IMG/VR virus record: IMGVR_UViG_3300036790_000419 | Coordinates: 32,001-96,000 of that record | Strand: one strand, 5' to 3' | From: a virus | DNA length: 64,000 nucleotides | Part shown: positions 27,296-37,830 of the stretch, in pieces | Layout: the number at the start of each line of letters is the position of its first letter | Position numbering within the stretch: position 1 is the stretch's first letter | Translations under genes and position numbers: made by a program | The notes under the pieces: generated by a model | The model's input: the letters and a program-made list of their open reading frames with translations, nothing else | Told to the model about the DNA's origin: nothing | Database searches by the model: none

Positions 27296-29836
27296 ATGGA
27301 CGCTGACCTTGAGGGCCTGTCAAGCCACGAGCTGGCTGAAGTTCAGCTTGAGGCGAAGCTCAAGGGGGCCCCGAGCTACGCCCTGCTTACCGACCTGGAC
27401 GAGATCCGTGCCCGCGTGCACGCGCTCATCGCGGAGAAGAAGCCGTTCGGTTTCGACTGTGAAACAGGGTACCTGGGGGACTCGCGCGAGGGCGCGTCGC
27501 TGCACGCGGAAGAGAACCTCCTGGTGGCCTACCAGTTCACCAACAGCCTGGACTGGGCCCGGATGATCCCCCTCGGGTTCGACTCCGGGCCGAACGTCGA
27601 CAACAAGGCGGCGGCGGCCCTGCTGTGGGAGATGCACCACGCGACTGACGACGAGGGCCGCCCTCTCGGGGTGGCGCACGGCGCTATCGCCGAGCTGCGG
27701 TGGATGGCCCGGTGGTTCCTGCGCCACTTGTGGGACCACCCGCTGTTCGGCCGCCAGGTCCGCGAGGCGCACGGCTACTACCCGGTCAGGTCGTGCACGC
27801 TGCTGGAGAGCTTCGCTGAGGGGGTCAACCAGTTCCACGGCCTCAAGGCGTCCACGTTCGACAACTACGGGCACCGGATGCGCGAGCTGACTGACGGGTC
27901 GGACAGCCTGCTGGGCCGGCTGCTGGGCCGGGTGCCGACCAAGAAGGAGAAGAAGTCGGTCCGGTTCAACGTCTTCGACCCCAGTGACCCGGAGGTCACC
28001 GCCTACGCGTGCGAGGACGCGGTGTGGTGCCTGCGCCACCACGCTGACCGCTGGCCGAAGGTGCGGGACACGTTCATCTACAAGGTCGAGATGAACGTGC
28101 TGCCCGTTGTCTGCGCGATGACAGATGCCGGGCTCGCCTACGACTGGAACCTGATGCGGGCCAAGGCGGCGGAGGCCAGTGACTTCTGCGCCCGGCTGCT
28201 CGCGGAGGTCATCGAGGACTTCGAGGAGCTGGCCGGGGAGAAGCTGCCCCCGGACTTCAACTTCAACAGCAACGCGCAGTTCGCGGACCTGCTCTACGGC
28301 AAGTGCGGCATGCCGGTGCTGCACAAGACTCCCGGCGGCAAGCCCAGCGTGGACGCCAAGAACGCGCTGCCCGGCCTGGCCGGGAAGTACCCGCAGGTCA
28401 AGAAGTACATGGGCTGGAAGAAGCTCACCGACCTGCAGGTCAAGTTCCTGAACAGCTACGAGACGGCCTTCTGCTGGGCGGCCGACGGGCGCGCGCACCC
28501 GACCCTCAACCAGCACGGCACCATCGGCGGCCGGTTCGCCTGCGAGGACCCAAATTATCAGCAATCGCCCAAGAAGTACCATTACGAGCTGCGCGACGGC
28601 ACGGTGTTCGACTTCAACTTCCGCGACGTCATCATCGCGGCCCGGCCCGGAGGCCGTCCCTGGTGGGAGTGGGTACTGCTGGACGCGGGATGCACGGACC
28701 TGCCGGAGCCTGACGGGCACGGGTACTACGTGCTCGGGTTCGACTACAGCCAGATCGAGCTGCGGGTCATGGCCGGCGAGGCTGGCGAGACCGCGCTGCT
28801 GGAGGCGTTCGCCCGCGGCGAGGACGTGCACAGCCGCACCGCCGCGCTGATGCTCGGCATCCCGTTCGAGCAGGTGACCGAGGATGCGAGAGCTGTCGGG
28901 AAGACGAGGAACTTCGCGTCGATCTACGGCCAGGGCATCAGGGCGCTCGCGGACCAGCTCGGCATCAGCGAGGACGAGGCCCGGGAGAAAGACCTGCAGT
29001 ACAAGACCGCGCACCCGCACATGGGCCCGTACCGGAACAAGATCATCGCCCGCGCCCGCCGCGACGGGTACATCACCACCAAATTCGGCCGCCGGATCAC
29101 TCTTCACCGGATCAGGGACGAGAACCCCAGGGTCCGGGCGGCCGAGGAGATGACCGCTGGCAACGCGGTCATCCAGGGCCCGGCTACCGGCGAGTACGTC
29201 AAGGTGGCCATGGTGCGCGCGGTGCGCGCCCTGGAGAAGGCCGGGCTGTCCGGCCGGGTGCGACTGGTCATGAACATCCACGACGCCCTGGAGTTCGAGG
29301 TGCGCAAGGACGTGCCCCCGATCGAGGTCATGAGCGTGCTGCAGCCCGCGGTCGTCTACCCGGTCACCGGCCCGGGTGAGCCGTGGCCGGAGATGGTCGC
29401 CGAGTGGCACCTGGGCGGGTCCTGGGGCTCGGTGAAGGACATCCACACCGAAGACGGCCGGATCGTGCTCGGCAAGAAGGACAAGTGCGAGCGCTGCCGC
29501 CCGGCCTCCGCGCCGGAGCCTGTTCCCGTAGTCGCCGGGCGGCCGGAGCCCCCGGTTCCCGCCCCTGAGCCTGGCCTGCCCCGCAACGTCATCGTGGTGG
29601 CCCGTGAGACACCGTCGCGCGAGCAGGTGACGCGGCTGGCCGGCTTCCTGCGGAAGCTGCCCGGCCGGAACCTGGTGGAGCTGCACCTGCCTGACGGGAA
29701 CATCCCGGTTAAGTTCCCCTGCGGCCTGTCGCCGGCGCACGAGTCGCACGTGGCGGTCATCCTCGGCGGCGCTGCGGTGCACTACGCGGCGGACTCCGTG
29801 GACGATCGCGCGCTTACCGCCGGCCTCGGGTTGTAG
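27296..29836 (+). CDS. polA: DNA polymerase family A with 3'-5' exonuclease and extra C-terminal domain
   Basis: FDCET (ExoI), YACEDA (ExoIII), FDYSQIELR (motif A), KTRNFASIYG (motif B), IHDAL (motif C). Confidence 0.92.
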   Translation: MDADLEGLSSHELAEVQLEAKLKGAPSYALLTDLDEIRARVHALIAEKKPFGFDCETGYLGDSREGASLHAEENLLVAYQFTNSLDWARMIPLGFDSGPNVDNKAAAALLWEMHHATDDEGRPLGVAHGAIAELRWMARWFLRHLWDHPLFGRQVREAHGYYPVRSCTLLESFAEGVNQFHGLKASTFDNYGHRMRELTDGSDSLLGRLLGRVPTKKEKKSVRFNVFDPSDPEVTAYACEDAVWCLRHHADRWPKVRDTFIYKVEMNVLPVVCAMTDAGLAYDWNLMRAKAAEASDFCARLLAEVIEDFEELAGEKLPPDFNFNSNAQFADLLYGKCGMPVLHKTPGGKPSVDAKNALPGLAGKYPQVKKYMGWKKLTDLQVKFLNSYETAFCWAADGRAHPTLNQHGTIGGRFACEDPNYQQSPKKYHYELRDGTVFDFNFRDVIIAARPGGRPWWEWVLLDAGCTDLPEPDGHGYYVLGFDYSQIELRVMAGEAGETALLEAFARGEDVHSRTAALMLGIPFEQVTEDARAVGKTRNFASIYGQGIRALADQLGISEDEAREKDLQYKTAHPHMGPYRNKIIARARRDGYITTKFGRRITLHRIRDENPRVRAAEEMTAGNAVIQGPATGEYVKVAMVRAVRALEKAGLSGRVRLVMNIHDALEFEVRKDVPPIEVMSVLQPAVVYPVTGPGEPWPEMVAEWHLGGSWGSVKDIHTEDGRIVLGKKDKCERCRPASAPEPVPVVAGRPEPPVPAPEPGLPRNVIVVARETPSREQVTRLAGFLRKLPGRNLVELHLPDGNIPVKFPCGLSPAHESHVAVILGGAAVHYAADSVDDRALTAGLGL

Positions 29837-29844
29837 TAGTCCCT

Positions 29845-30150
29845 ATGGAGATAAAGCGAGGATGGGCCACCGACTGGGGCAAGGTCCGGTTCGACGTGCT
29901 GGTGGAGGAAGTCGACCTGCTGCGCATGCTGGCCGCGCGCGGCGACGAGGGCCCGGAGGCGACGCGCCTGTGCATGACCACCGGGGACGTCATGCAAATC
30001 ATGGACGCCGAGGCGCAGGCGTTCGTGCACCTTTCCCTGGCCAAGCAGGAGCCTGCCCAGCGCGAGCAGCACATGACGAAGATCGCCGAGTACCGCGCTG
30101 AGCGTGACCGCCTGCTGGACAAGTACGCGCCGAGGAAGTCGCCCGCGTGA
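29845..30150 (+). CDS. Hypothetical protein
   Basis: Codon bias. Confidence 0.55.
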   Translation: MEIKRGWATDWGKVRFDVLVEEVDLLRMLAARGDEGPEATRLCMTTGDVMQIMDAEAQAFVHLSLAKQEPAQREQHMTKIAEYRAERDRLLDKYAPRKSPA

Positions 30151-30650
30151 GCGACGCCCCGGCGGATGGGCCGGCGCACCGCAAGCAGTGCGCGGACCTG
30201 CTGAACGAGCTGGCCGGGCTGCGCGCCTTCCCCGTGCCGTCGCACGACGCGACCCCGGACACGGTGCACGAGGCGCTGCGCGAGCTGCGCGGCCGGCTGG
30301 ACCGGGCCGAGGTCATCCTGACCGAGGTCGTCAGCCTCCGTCACCGGGCGCGGCGCGAGTACCGGAGGCTGGCCTTCGACCTGGACGAGGCCTATGACGC
30401 GGCGCTGGGGCCGCAGTCGACGACGGCAATTCGCCGGGAGTTCGAGAGCATCAAGGACCGGGAGGTTACGGCCCGGGTCAAGACCTCCGCCACGCGCCGC
30501 GACGCCAAGCGGGCCGACCGCGAGGCGGACGTCTTCGAGCAGGCTGAGGATGCCGCGAAGCGGATGTTCTTCGGCATGCGCGACATCCGCGCCGAGCTGC
30601 TCACCACGCTGGACAAGTACCTGCCTTGGCGCGCGTCCATGGAATTCTGA
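30147..30650 (+). CDS. Helical coiled-coil protein (possible recombination mediator)
   Basis: GTGA overlap; all-helical; next to SSB/RecA. Function is inference. Confidence 0.5.
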   Translation: MSDAPADGPAHRKQCADLLNELAGLRAFPVPSHDATPDTVHEALRELRGRLDRAEVILTEVVSLRHRARREYRRLAFDLDEAYDAALGPQSTTAIRREFESIKDREVTARVKTSATRRDAKRADREADVFEQAEDAAKRMFFGMRDIRAELLTTLDKYLPWRASMEF

Positions 30651-30673
30651 CAGGCAGCGCCGATCGTGGCGGC

Positions 30674-30835
30674 ATGAAGGCGACAGAGGCGATCGAGGAA
30701 ATCGAGCGCGCCGTGCATGAGTTCGGGGACTACGAGCTGCAGATTCCCGACCCGGTTGAGCGCTGGTGGTACCCGGTGGACCGGATTGAGGTCGTACCCG
30801 AGGTGCAGGCAATCAGGGTTGTCTCTGATCACTGA
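30674..30835 (+). CDS. Small hypothetical protein
   Basis: ATG 13 nt after CGAT box. Confidence 0.5.
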   Translation: MKATEAIEEIERAVHEFGDYELQIPDPVERWWYPVDRIEVVPEVQAIRVVSDH

Positions 30836-30899
30836 GGCTCGTCGGCGGCCGGGCGTATTAACAGCCAAGAGCGTAACCAGCCGACAGGAGACACCGCAG

Positions 30900-32027
30900 A
30901 TGCCGAGAGACGTAATCAGTGACAAGCTCGTTAGCAGCGACCGGGTAGAGCTGTTCGACGCCCTGAAGATGGAGACCGGCGAGTGGGCCCGGCTGTGCGT
31001 GCCCGCCGACGAGAACATCTGGTGGGAGTACGTCCACTCCATGCGCGCGCCCGTCCTCGATGACGAGGACATGCCCGTCATCGAGGACAAGAAGCGCCGG
31101 GACGGCTCCAGCGCCGGCCAGGGCTACTTCATGGGGTTCGTCGGGCAGCGCATCTGCCTCGGCGACCCGGCCATCCTGGAGGACAAGAAGCTGGACCCAG
31201 CCCGCTGCCCGGCGTGCGCCTCGGCCGCGCGCGGGACCGCGGGCATGACTCCCGACCGCCGGTTCGCGGTGCCGGTCGTCCGGTACCAGTGCAAGAAGCG
31301 CAACAACACCGACCTGCCGGCCACGCCTGGCGGCAGCGTGCTGGTGTGGAAGATGAACCAGAAGATGTACAACGAGCTGGTCAAGGACAACAAGAAGGCG
31401 ATCCGGGAGCTACTGGAGATCCCCGAGGGCAAGGAGTTCCCCCTCCGGGTCGCCGACATCGCGGTGTTCTGCGAGAACGGGGACTTCAGCCGCATCGTCT
31501 TCAAGCCGCCGATGCGCCCGGCCTGGGGCAAGGACCCGAGGTACGCCGCCTGGATCAAGGAGCTGAAGGCCGACGAGGGCCTCTGGCCGACCGACGCGCA
31601 GCTGAAGGCGGCGTGCGGCCGGGACGGGGACCGCGAGTACATGGCCCTCGACGTGGCGAGCGTGGAGGACCGCTGGCGCAAGGCCGAGCGGGCCGGCAAG
31701 GACGGCGCGCGCCGGCCGGGCCCGGCCGGGGACGGCCCGGTCTCCGGCGGCCAGTCGGCGGCTGACCTGGACAAGAGCCTGGACGCCCTGCTCACCGACC
31801 ACCCGGGCGGCCTGGACGAGTTCGCGTCGCGTGAGGCAGAGGCTCCCGTGGCGGACGACCCGTTCGCTGAGGACTCCGCGCCGGCTGCGGCGGGCGCCGC
31901 AGCCGGGCAGCCGGCCGACCCGTGGGCTGAGGACTCCGCGCCAGAGGCCACGCCGGCTGCCGCCGCTCCCGCAGCTTCTGGCGGGGCACCGCGGGCGCAG
32001 GCGTTCGAAGACATCCTGGGCGACTAG
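30900..32027 (+). CDS. Putative single-stranded DNA-binding protein
   Basis: AGGAG SD; H/C zinc-like residues; flexible acidic tail ending AFEDILGD; replication context. Confidence 0.55.
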   Translation: MPRDVISDKLVSSDRVELFDALKMETGEWARLCVPADENIWWEYVHSMRAPVLDDEDMPVIEDKKRRDGSSAGQGYFMGFVGQRICLGDPAILEDKKLDPARCPACASAARGTAGMTPDRRFAVPVVRYQCKKRNNTDLPATPGGSVLVWKMNQKMYNELVKDNKKAIRELLEIPEGKEFPLRVADIAVFCENGDFSRIVFKPPMRPAWGKDPRYAAWIKELKADEGLWPTDAQLKAACGRDGDREYMALDVASVEDRWRKAERAGKDGARRPGPAGDGPVSGGQSAADLDKSLDALLTDHPGGLDEFASREAEAPVADDPFAEDSAPAAAGAAAGQPADPWAEDSAPEATPAAAAPAASGGAPRAQAFEDILGD

Positions 32028-32089
32028 GTGCCGGGAACTGCGGGGAAGGGCTGCCCGGTGAACCCGGGCAGCCCTTACGGGGAGGCGCC

Positions 32090-32674
32090 ATGAGGGCGCT
32101 CGGGCTCGACCCGTCGCTGAACAGCGCCGGGGGAGCGAAGATCGACTCCCTGGGCAGCCCGGCCGCCCTCTTCCTCTGGAAGCCGCCTGCCAGGCTGCGC
32201 GGCCCGGAGCGGATGGCCTGGCACCTGGACCAGCTGGCCGAGGTGGCGGAAGAGTGCGACCTGGTCCTCATCGAGGGCATCGCCGGCAGCGGGGTCCTGG
32301 GCGTTTCGGCGCACCTGGAGCTGGCCGGCCTGCACTGGGTCATCCGGCACTGGCTCCACAAGGCCGGCATCCCGTGCGCCGTCGTCCAGCCGTCCCTGCG
32401 GCAGATGTACCTGACCGGCAAGGGCAACGCGAAGAAGGAAGACTGCCTGCTGGCCGCCGAGCGGCGCTGGCCGGACGTCGGCTTCACCGGCACCGACGAC
32501 GCTGACGCCTACACCCTGGCCCACATGGGCGCGGACCACCTCGGCTTCGCGCCGGTCCGGATGCCAGCGGACCGGCGCGCGGTCCTGACCAGGATCGTGC
32601 CCGCCAAGAAGACCAAGCCCGCTCATCCGGCCATTGCCTGGCCCGTGCTCAAGGAGGCCGTCAGTGCCGGCTAA
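32090..32674 (+). CDS. RuvC-like Holliday junction resolvase
   Basis: [26 protein letters not shown]. Confidence 0.85.
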   Translation: MRALGLDPSLNSAGGAKIDSLGSPAALFLWKPPARLRGPERMAWHLDQLAEVAEECDLVLIEGIAGSGVLGVSAHLELAGLHWVIRHWLHKAGIPCAVVQPSLRQMYLTGKGNAKKEDCLLAAERRWPDVGFTGTDDADAYTLAHMGADHLGFAPVRMPADRRAVLTRIVPAKKTKPAHPAIAWPVLKEAVSAG

Positions 32675-33773
32675 GCCGCAGGGGAAGGACCCGCTTGAAG
32701 AGGCGCTCGCGAAGATCAGGCGCGAGCACGGCCAAGGTGCCATCATGCGCCTGGGCGACGAGGAGCGCGTGCCGGCGGAGGTCATCGACTCCGGCTCCCT
32801 CGCGCTGAACAGGGCGCTCGGCATCAACGGGCTGCCCCGTGGCCGGATCGTGGAGATTTACGGCCCGGAGAGCAGCGGCAAGACCAGCCTCGCGCTGCAC
32901 GCCGCCGCCAGCGTGCAGAAGGCCGGCGGCCTGGTGGCGTTCATCGACGCGGAGCACGCGCTGGACCCGGTCTGGGCGAACATTCTGGGCGTGGACGTGG
33001 GCGAGGACTACAAGGGGGCCGTGGACTACGAGAGCGGCGCCATGTACGTCTCCCAGCCGGACACCGGCGAGCAGGGGCTGGAGATCACGGACACGCTGGT
33101 CAAGTCGGGGGCGTTCGCGCTCATCATCGTCGACTCGGTGGCGGCGCTGGTGCCCAAGGCCGAGATCGAGGGCGAGATGGGCGACAGCCACGTCGGCCTC
33201 CAGGCCCGCCTCATGTCCCAGGCCCTGCGCAAGCTCACCGGCGCGTGCAGCGACACGAAGACCACGATCATCTTCATCAACCAGCTGCGCGAGAAGATCG
33301 GGGTCATGTTCGGCAGCCCTGAGACGACCACGGGAGGCAAGGCGCTCAAGTTCTACGCCTCCATCCGGCTGGACGTCCGGCGGATCGAGACGCTCAAGGA
33401 CGGGGGCGACGTCACCGGCTACCGGGCGCGGGTCAAGGTGGTGAAGAACAAGATGTCGTCGCCCTTCAAGACCGCCGAGTTCGAGTTCCTGGCTGGCGAG
33501 GGCATCTCCCGGGCCGGCGAGCTTATCGACCTGGGCATCGAGGCGGGCATCGTCCGCAAGGCCGGGGCCTGGTACAACTACGGCGACCTGCAGCTTGGCC
33601 AGGGCAAGGAGAAGGCCCGGCTGTTCCTGCGGGACAACCCGGAGACGGCTCTGGAGATCGAGGTCAGGATCCTCACCGGGAGCGACAGCGTGAAGGTTCT
33701 GCCCGCCGGGAGGGCCGAGCCGGCTGACCTCCGCGCGCCGTGGGAAATGGACGACGCCCCGGTGAAGGCCTGA
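32664..33773 (+). CDS. recA: RecA recombinase
   Basis: [45 protein letters not shown]. Confidence 0.97.
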   Translation: MPAKPQGKDPLEEALAKIRREHGQGAIMRLGDEERVPAEVIDSGSLALNRALGINGLPRGRIVEIYGPESSGKTSLALHAAASVQKAGGLVAFIDAEHALDPVWANILGVDVGEDYKGAVDYESGAMYVSQPDTGEQGLEITDTLVKSGAFALIIVDSVAALVPKAEIEGEMGDSHVGLQARLMSQALRKLTGACSDTKTTIIFINQLREKIGVMFGSPETTTGGKALKFYASIRLDVRRIETLKDGGDVTGYRARVKVVKNKMSSPFKTAEFEFLAGEGISRAGELIDLGIEAGIVRKAGAWYNYGDLQLGQGKEKARLFLRDNPETALEIEVRILTGSDSVKVLPAGRAEPADLRAPWEMDDAPVKA

Positions 33774-33825
33774 TAATTCGCGCCCGTCCGTAGTAGGTGG
33801 AGTCAGGCCAACGCGAGGAGGTCAC

Positions 33826-35013
33826 GTGGACTTCACCACCGTTTCATTCGGCGGCGCCGGCCAGCTGCTCACCGTGGCGCAGGCCCGGGAGCAGCTGGCG
33901 GTCACCGACCAGCTCGGCTTCACCACTTTCTGGACCGGTGAGCTGCCTATTACGGCCGAGTACGGCAAGGGCTGGTTCGAGGGAATGTCGACCGCGCCCG
34001 CGCCGGCGTGGCTCACCCTGGCGGAGGGCACTTACCAGCTCACCCACCAGGCGGCCAAGCAGCTCGGCTCAACGTGCCGGGCCAACCAGAAGTACCAGGA
34101 GTTCATCCCCCCGGAGATGCTGTCGCGGCAGGTCACCTGGGCGCTGAGGGAAGGCCTGCACAAGAAGAACGGCGACGGGCTGGAGCTGAAGCTGCTGCTC
34201 AGCGACCAGTCTGGCCGGAATGCCGACGACACGGCGGACGTCCCGCTGGCGGTCGCGCAGACCCGCGCCACGGTTGAGCCGTTCTCCAACGTCCGGCTGC
34301 TCGACGTCATCCTGCTCGCGATCCGGGCCAAATTGGGTAATGAGGCAGCGGCTGGCGCCCTGATCGACTACAAACTGTTCCATGACCTGGAGCACACCAG
34401 CTTCCGGGTCGTCGTCCCCCTGGCCCAGGCGGTCATCGGGGGGACGGGCACCGGGGACGACGCGTGGTGCTACGGCATCGAGGTGTCCAACTCGCTGATC
34501 GGGCTCAAGCAGACGGTCATCTCCGGGTACCTGCTCCGGTTCGCCACCACGGCGGGCCTGACGGACGTGGAGCACGGGGCCGGCGGGTTCAGCCGCCGCG
34601 GGTCCACCCCGGAGGCGGTCTACGCCTGGGCCGCCGAGGCCGCCGAGGACATCCTCGGCGGGATGGAGTCGGCGTTCAACGGGCTGCGGGTCCTGCCGGG
34701 CCGCGTGGTGGACGGCGAGTACGGCTCGGTGATGGAGCAGTACTTCCTGCTCAGGCCGGTGAGCAGGGACTTGCAGCTCCGGATCGTGACTGACCTGGAG
34801 GAGTCCCCGGCCGGCGAGCTGACCATGTACGACCTGGCCACCGTGTCGGCCGACGCGGCCAACCTGGACGGTTCCACCTGGCGGGACGTGCGCACCGTGC
34901 ACGACCTGGCGGGGTTCATCGTCCACCAGGGCGGCGGCATGTGCGACGGCTCGCTGGCGAACGGGTGCCGGCGACTGCTGCCCGAGGGCTGGGAAGCCCC
35001 GGAGGCTTCCTGA
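33826..35013 (+). CDS. Hypothetical protein (395 aa)
   Basis: GAGGAGG SD, long ORF with codon bias. Confidence 0.65.
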   Translation: MDFTTVSFGGAGQLLTVAQAREQLAVTDQLGFTTFWTGELPITAEYGKGWFEGMSTAPAPAWLTLAEGTYQLTHQAAKQLGSTCRANQKYQEFIPPEMLSRQVTWALREGLHKKNGDGLELKLLLSDQSGRNADDTADVPLAVAQTRATVEPFSNVRLLDVILLAIRAKLGNEAAAGALIDYKLFHDLEHTSFRVVVPLAQAVIGGTGTGDDAWCYGIEVSNSLIGLKQTVISGYLLRFATTAGLTDVEHGAGGFSRRGSTPEAVYAWAAEAAEDILGGMESAFNGLRVLPGRVVDGEYGSVMEQYFLLRPVSRDLQLRIVTDLEESPAGELTMYDLATVSADAANLDGSTWRDVRTVHDLAGFIVHQGGGMCDGSLANGCRRLLPEGWEAPEAS

Positions 35014-35068
35014 GAGACTGCGGCGGGGTCCAGCGCCTGGCGTTAGGGCCCCGCTGCCGCATTTATTG

Positions 35069-35098
35069 CTTGACTCTAGTTAAGAGAATGGGTAGTGT
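35069..35098 (+). promoter_or_regulatory. Housekeeping-sigma promoter with operator
   Basis: CTTGAC-TCTA-GTTAAG; TTGACT-N17-TAGTGT; ATG 6 nt later. Confidence 0.7.
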
Positions 35099-35104
35099 GA
35101 ACCT

Positions 35105-35266
35105 ATGAAGATCTCTGCCTCGAAGGTGATCGTTCGCCGTCAGTACCTGGTTGACTGCAAGGTCTGCGGGGAGGGCGTTGAGACTGACGAGGAGTTCTGG
35201 GACCGCCAGTCGGCCGAAGAGGCCGTCAAGCGCCACCTGGATGAGCATGAGCGGGGGGAATGGTAG
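35105..35266 (+). CDS. 53-aa C2H2-like zinc protein (leaderless; absent from the ORF track)
   Basis: MKISASKVIVRRQYLVDCKVCGEG..AVKRHLDEH..W*. Confidence 0.6.
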   Translation: MKISASKVIVRRQYLVDCKVCGEGVETDEEFWDRQSAEEAVKRHLDEHERGEW

Positions 35267-35478
35267 CCGTGTTTCCGCCGGAACTACAGGTTAAGCAGTA
35301 CGTGGCTCGGCTGAAAGGTGCTTTCGGACTTCACTGGTATGTCTACAGGACCGGATCTGACCGGCACTACCTGTTTGTTTGCGCTGAGAACTCGAATATC
35401 CAGATGCCGGTGCTCAAGTCCAGCCTGAAGGACGACGTGCGCAGCGCCCTGGCGAGCGGGTGGGGCCATGCCGGCTGA
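35260..35478 (+). CDS. Hypothetical protein
   Basis: Overlaps neighbours. Confidence 0.45.
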   Translation: MVAVFPPELQVKQYVARLKGAFGLHWYVYRTGSDRHYLFVCAENSNIQMPVLKSSLKDDVRSALASGWGHAG

Positions 35479-35668
35479 GCCCCGCATCCTGGTGGCGGTC
35501 ATCCGCTGCCCGCTGCGGCTATGCGGGTCCGAGCTGGAGGGCACGTGGCTGGAGCCGGAGGACGCGGAGGAAGACACCCCGGAGAAGGCCCTGCAACTGT
35601 GCCCGGAGTGCGGCCACCGGTGGGCGGCGGAATGGCCGGGTTTTTCCTTTAAGACGGAGGCGGGCTAG
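35468..35668 (+). CDS. Zinc-ribbon protein
   Basis: CPLRLC..CPECGH. Confidence 0.55.
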   Translation: MPAEPRILVAVIRCPLRLCGSELEGTWLEPEDAEEDTPEKALQLCPECGHRWAAEWPGFSFKTEAG

Positions 35669-35830
35669 TGGCCGGGATGAGTGACGCTGACTGGGAGCGC
35701 CTTGACGCCCTGGCGCTAAACACGGAAGTCGAGTTCGAGGTACCGCTGGGCTTCCTGGAGCTGCCGCGCCCGCCGCGAGTGCAGCGCCTCATAGACGACG
35801 AGATGGTGCGTGACCTGCAGGAGCGCCGGC

Positions 35831-36772
35831 GTGCTGAACCGCATTGAGGTCCGCAACTACCAGAGCCTGCGCGAGGCGGATATCCCGCTCGGGTGGTTCA
35901 CCGTCATCACCGGGCCGACCAACTCCGGCAAGAGCGCGCTGTTCCGCGCGGTGCGGATGCTCGCGCTCAACGCCCGGGGCACCGGCTACGTCAGCCGGGG
36001 GCAGAAGTCGTGCAGCGTGGCGGCCGGCGACGGCCAGTGGATCGTCCGCCTCACCCGGTCGGCCGCGCGCGGCGGGAAGAACGAGTACCAGGCGGCCGTG
36101 CGCGAGGACGGCGGCTGGCAGGTCTCGAAGGACACCAAGCTGGGCGGCCAGGTGCCGCAGCGGGTGGCGGGGCTACTGAACCTGACCGAGCTGAACTTCG
36201 CCTGCCAGCTTGACCCGCCGTACCTGCTGAGCCTGCCGGGCACGGAGATCGCGCGGAGGCTGGGCGACCTGACCAATGTCTCGCTGGTGCTGGGTGCCGC
36301 CGCCGCGGCGAACCGGGTCCGCAAGCAGCACCAGCGGGACCTGGACGCCGCCCGCGGGCGGCGCGAGGCCCTGCTGGAGGAGGCACAGGAGTTCGCCGGG
36401 ATCAGGGAGCGCCGCAGGGCCTGCACAGCGGCCGAGCAGGCCCTGGCCCTGGCCCAGGCTACGGAGGCGTCCGCCGGGCGGCTGCGGAGCCTGGCGGGCC
36501 GCCTGGAGGCCGCTGAGCGGGCTGCCGCCGCCGCCCGGGCTGAGGCAGCCCGCCAGGCTCCGCCGTCGCTGGCGAAGCTGGACGCGCTCGCGGGCAGGCG
36601 CCTCCGCCTCCGGGAGATGACGGCAGCGCTGGCCGCGGCCGAGCGCGACGCGCACCGGTACCGCGAGGAGGCCGGGCGCGAGCGCGGGCACGAGGCGGGC
36701 GCGGAGAAGCTGCTGCACGGCGTCCTGGCCGAGGCCGGCCAGTGCCCGGTCTGCGGGAGCATCGTCGCCTAG
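35831..36772 (+). CDS. Rad50/SbcC N-terminal half ending at zinc hook
   Basis: IEVRNYQS, GPTNSGKS Walker A, Q-loop (CQLD), coiled coil, terminal CPVCG. Confidence 0.8.
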   Translation: MLNRIEVRNYQSLREADIPLGWFTVITGPTNSGKSALFRAVRMLALNARGTGYVSRGQKSCSVAAGDGQWIVRLTRSAARGGKNEYQAAVREDGGWQVSKDTKLGGQVPQRVAGLLNLTELNFACQLDPPYLLSLPGTEIARRLGDLTNVSLVLGAAAAANRVRKQHQRDLDAARGRREALLEEAQEFAGIRERRRACTAAEQALALAQATEASAGRLRSLAGRLEAAERAAAAARAEAARQAPPSLAKLDALAGRRLRLREMTAALAAAERDAHRYREEAGRERGHEAGAEKLLHGVLAEAGQCPVCGSIVA

Positions 36773-36813
36773 TTCCCGATACTGCCTGCTGAGTCGACAG
36801 GCGGGAGCCCGGG

Positions 36814-37815
36814 ATGTCCAACGCGGCCGGGGAAGACCGGAGCAGCTTCCAGAGGGTCAGCTCCTGGGGCGGGAACGCGTTCGCGTTCGCTAAGGCCACC
36901 GAGGGGACTAACTGGTCTGATCCCGCGTTCGCGTCCAACTGGGCGGGCGCGGCGGCCCAGGGCAAGGTCCGCGGGGCCTATCACTTCTTCCACCCCGCCG
37001 ACAGCCCGTCGGCGCAGGCGCAGTTCTTCGTGTCGTCCGTCAAGGCTCACGGCCTGCGCGCGGGCGACGTCCTCATCGCGGACGTGGAGATCGCGGTCGG
37101 CGAGAGAACGGAGACTTACGGCACCTGGCAGGCCTCGGCCCGCTCGCACGAGGGGCTGAAGGGCGCCGCGCCGCACCTGAGTGCCGCCTCGGTGGGGCCG
37201 GGCGCGCTGCAGTTCCTGCAGGACGTGGCGGCCCTGGCCGGGCCGCACTGCAAGGTGCTGCTCTATACCGACGTCTCCATGGCGCAGAGCCTGCTGGGGG
37301 CGTGCTCGGGCTACCCGCTGTTCATCGCTTACTACGCGTCCGCCCCGGTCGCGCCCGCGCCGTGGAAGACGTGGACCTTCTGGCAGAACGGGGCCAAGGG
37401 CCCGGGCGGCGGGGACCTCGACTACTTCAACGGGAACGAGGCCGCGCTGGCGAAGTGGGCGAATCCGGCCCCTGCCCCCCTGCCGCCCGGCTGGGTGTAC
37501 CCGCCGGTGCAGAAGCTGACCGCGGCCGGCGGGGAGACCAGCGTACGGCTGAGCTGGGACGCGCCCGTCCAGCCGCCCGGTGAGGCCCCGATGCCTGGCA
37601 TCGGCTGGTACCAGGTCGCCGTTACGCGGGGCCCGAGGCTGGAGGGAGCGCAGCTGGCGAGCTACCCGAGGTGGGTGCGCAAGGGCAGCAACCCCGAGGC
37701 GTGGCAGGGCGGCTCGATCCCGCGCGGGACGCAGTGCACGGCGGGCGTGCGCGCGGCTGACGAGAGCAAGCAGCACGCCCCGGCGTGGGAGACGGTGACG
37801 TTCAGCACGACGTAG
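36814..37815 (+). CDS. GH25 muramidase (endolysin) with C-terminal FN3-like domain
   Basis: FAKATEG, RGAYHF, ADVE, LLYT, WTFWQ, DLDYFNG. Confidence 0.85.
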   Translation: MSNAAGEDRSSFQRVSSWGGNAFAFAKATEGTNWSDPAFASNWAGAAAQGKVRGAYHFFHPADSPSAQAQFFVSSVKAHGLRAGDVLIADVEIAVGERTETYGTWQASARSHEGLKGAAPHLSAASVGPGALQFLQDVAALAGPHCKVLLYTDVSMAQSLLGACSGYPLFIAYYASAPVAPAPWKTWTFWQNGAKGPGGGDLDYFNGNEAALAKWANPAPAPLPPGWVYPPVQKLTAAGGETSVRLSWDAPVQPPGEAPMPGIGWYQVAVTRGPRLEGAQLASYPRWVRKGSNPEAWQGGSIPRGTQCTAGVRAADESKQHAPAWETVTFSTT

Positions 37816-37830
37816 TCCGTACTAAACAGC

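Noticed and set aside
27320-29782. Long minus-strand ORFs shadowing PolA and other genes (also 18908-20488, 43021-44532, 50817-52610)
   Set aside because: Antisense open frames are expected from high-GC codon bias; translations have no motifs
31852-31942. Repeat GACCCGT(TC/GG)GCTGAGGACTCCGCGCC
   Set aside because: Encodes a duplicated DP(F/W)AEDSAP peptide in the SSB-like tail; not a DNA-level element
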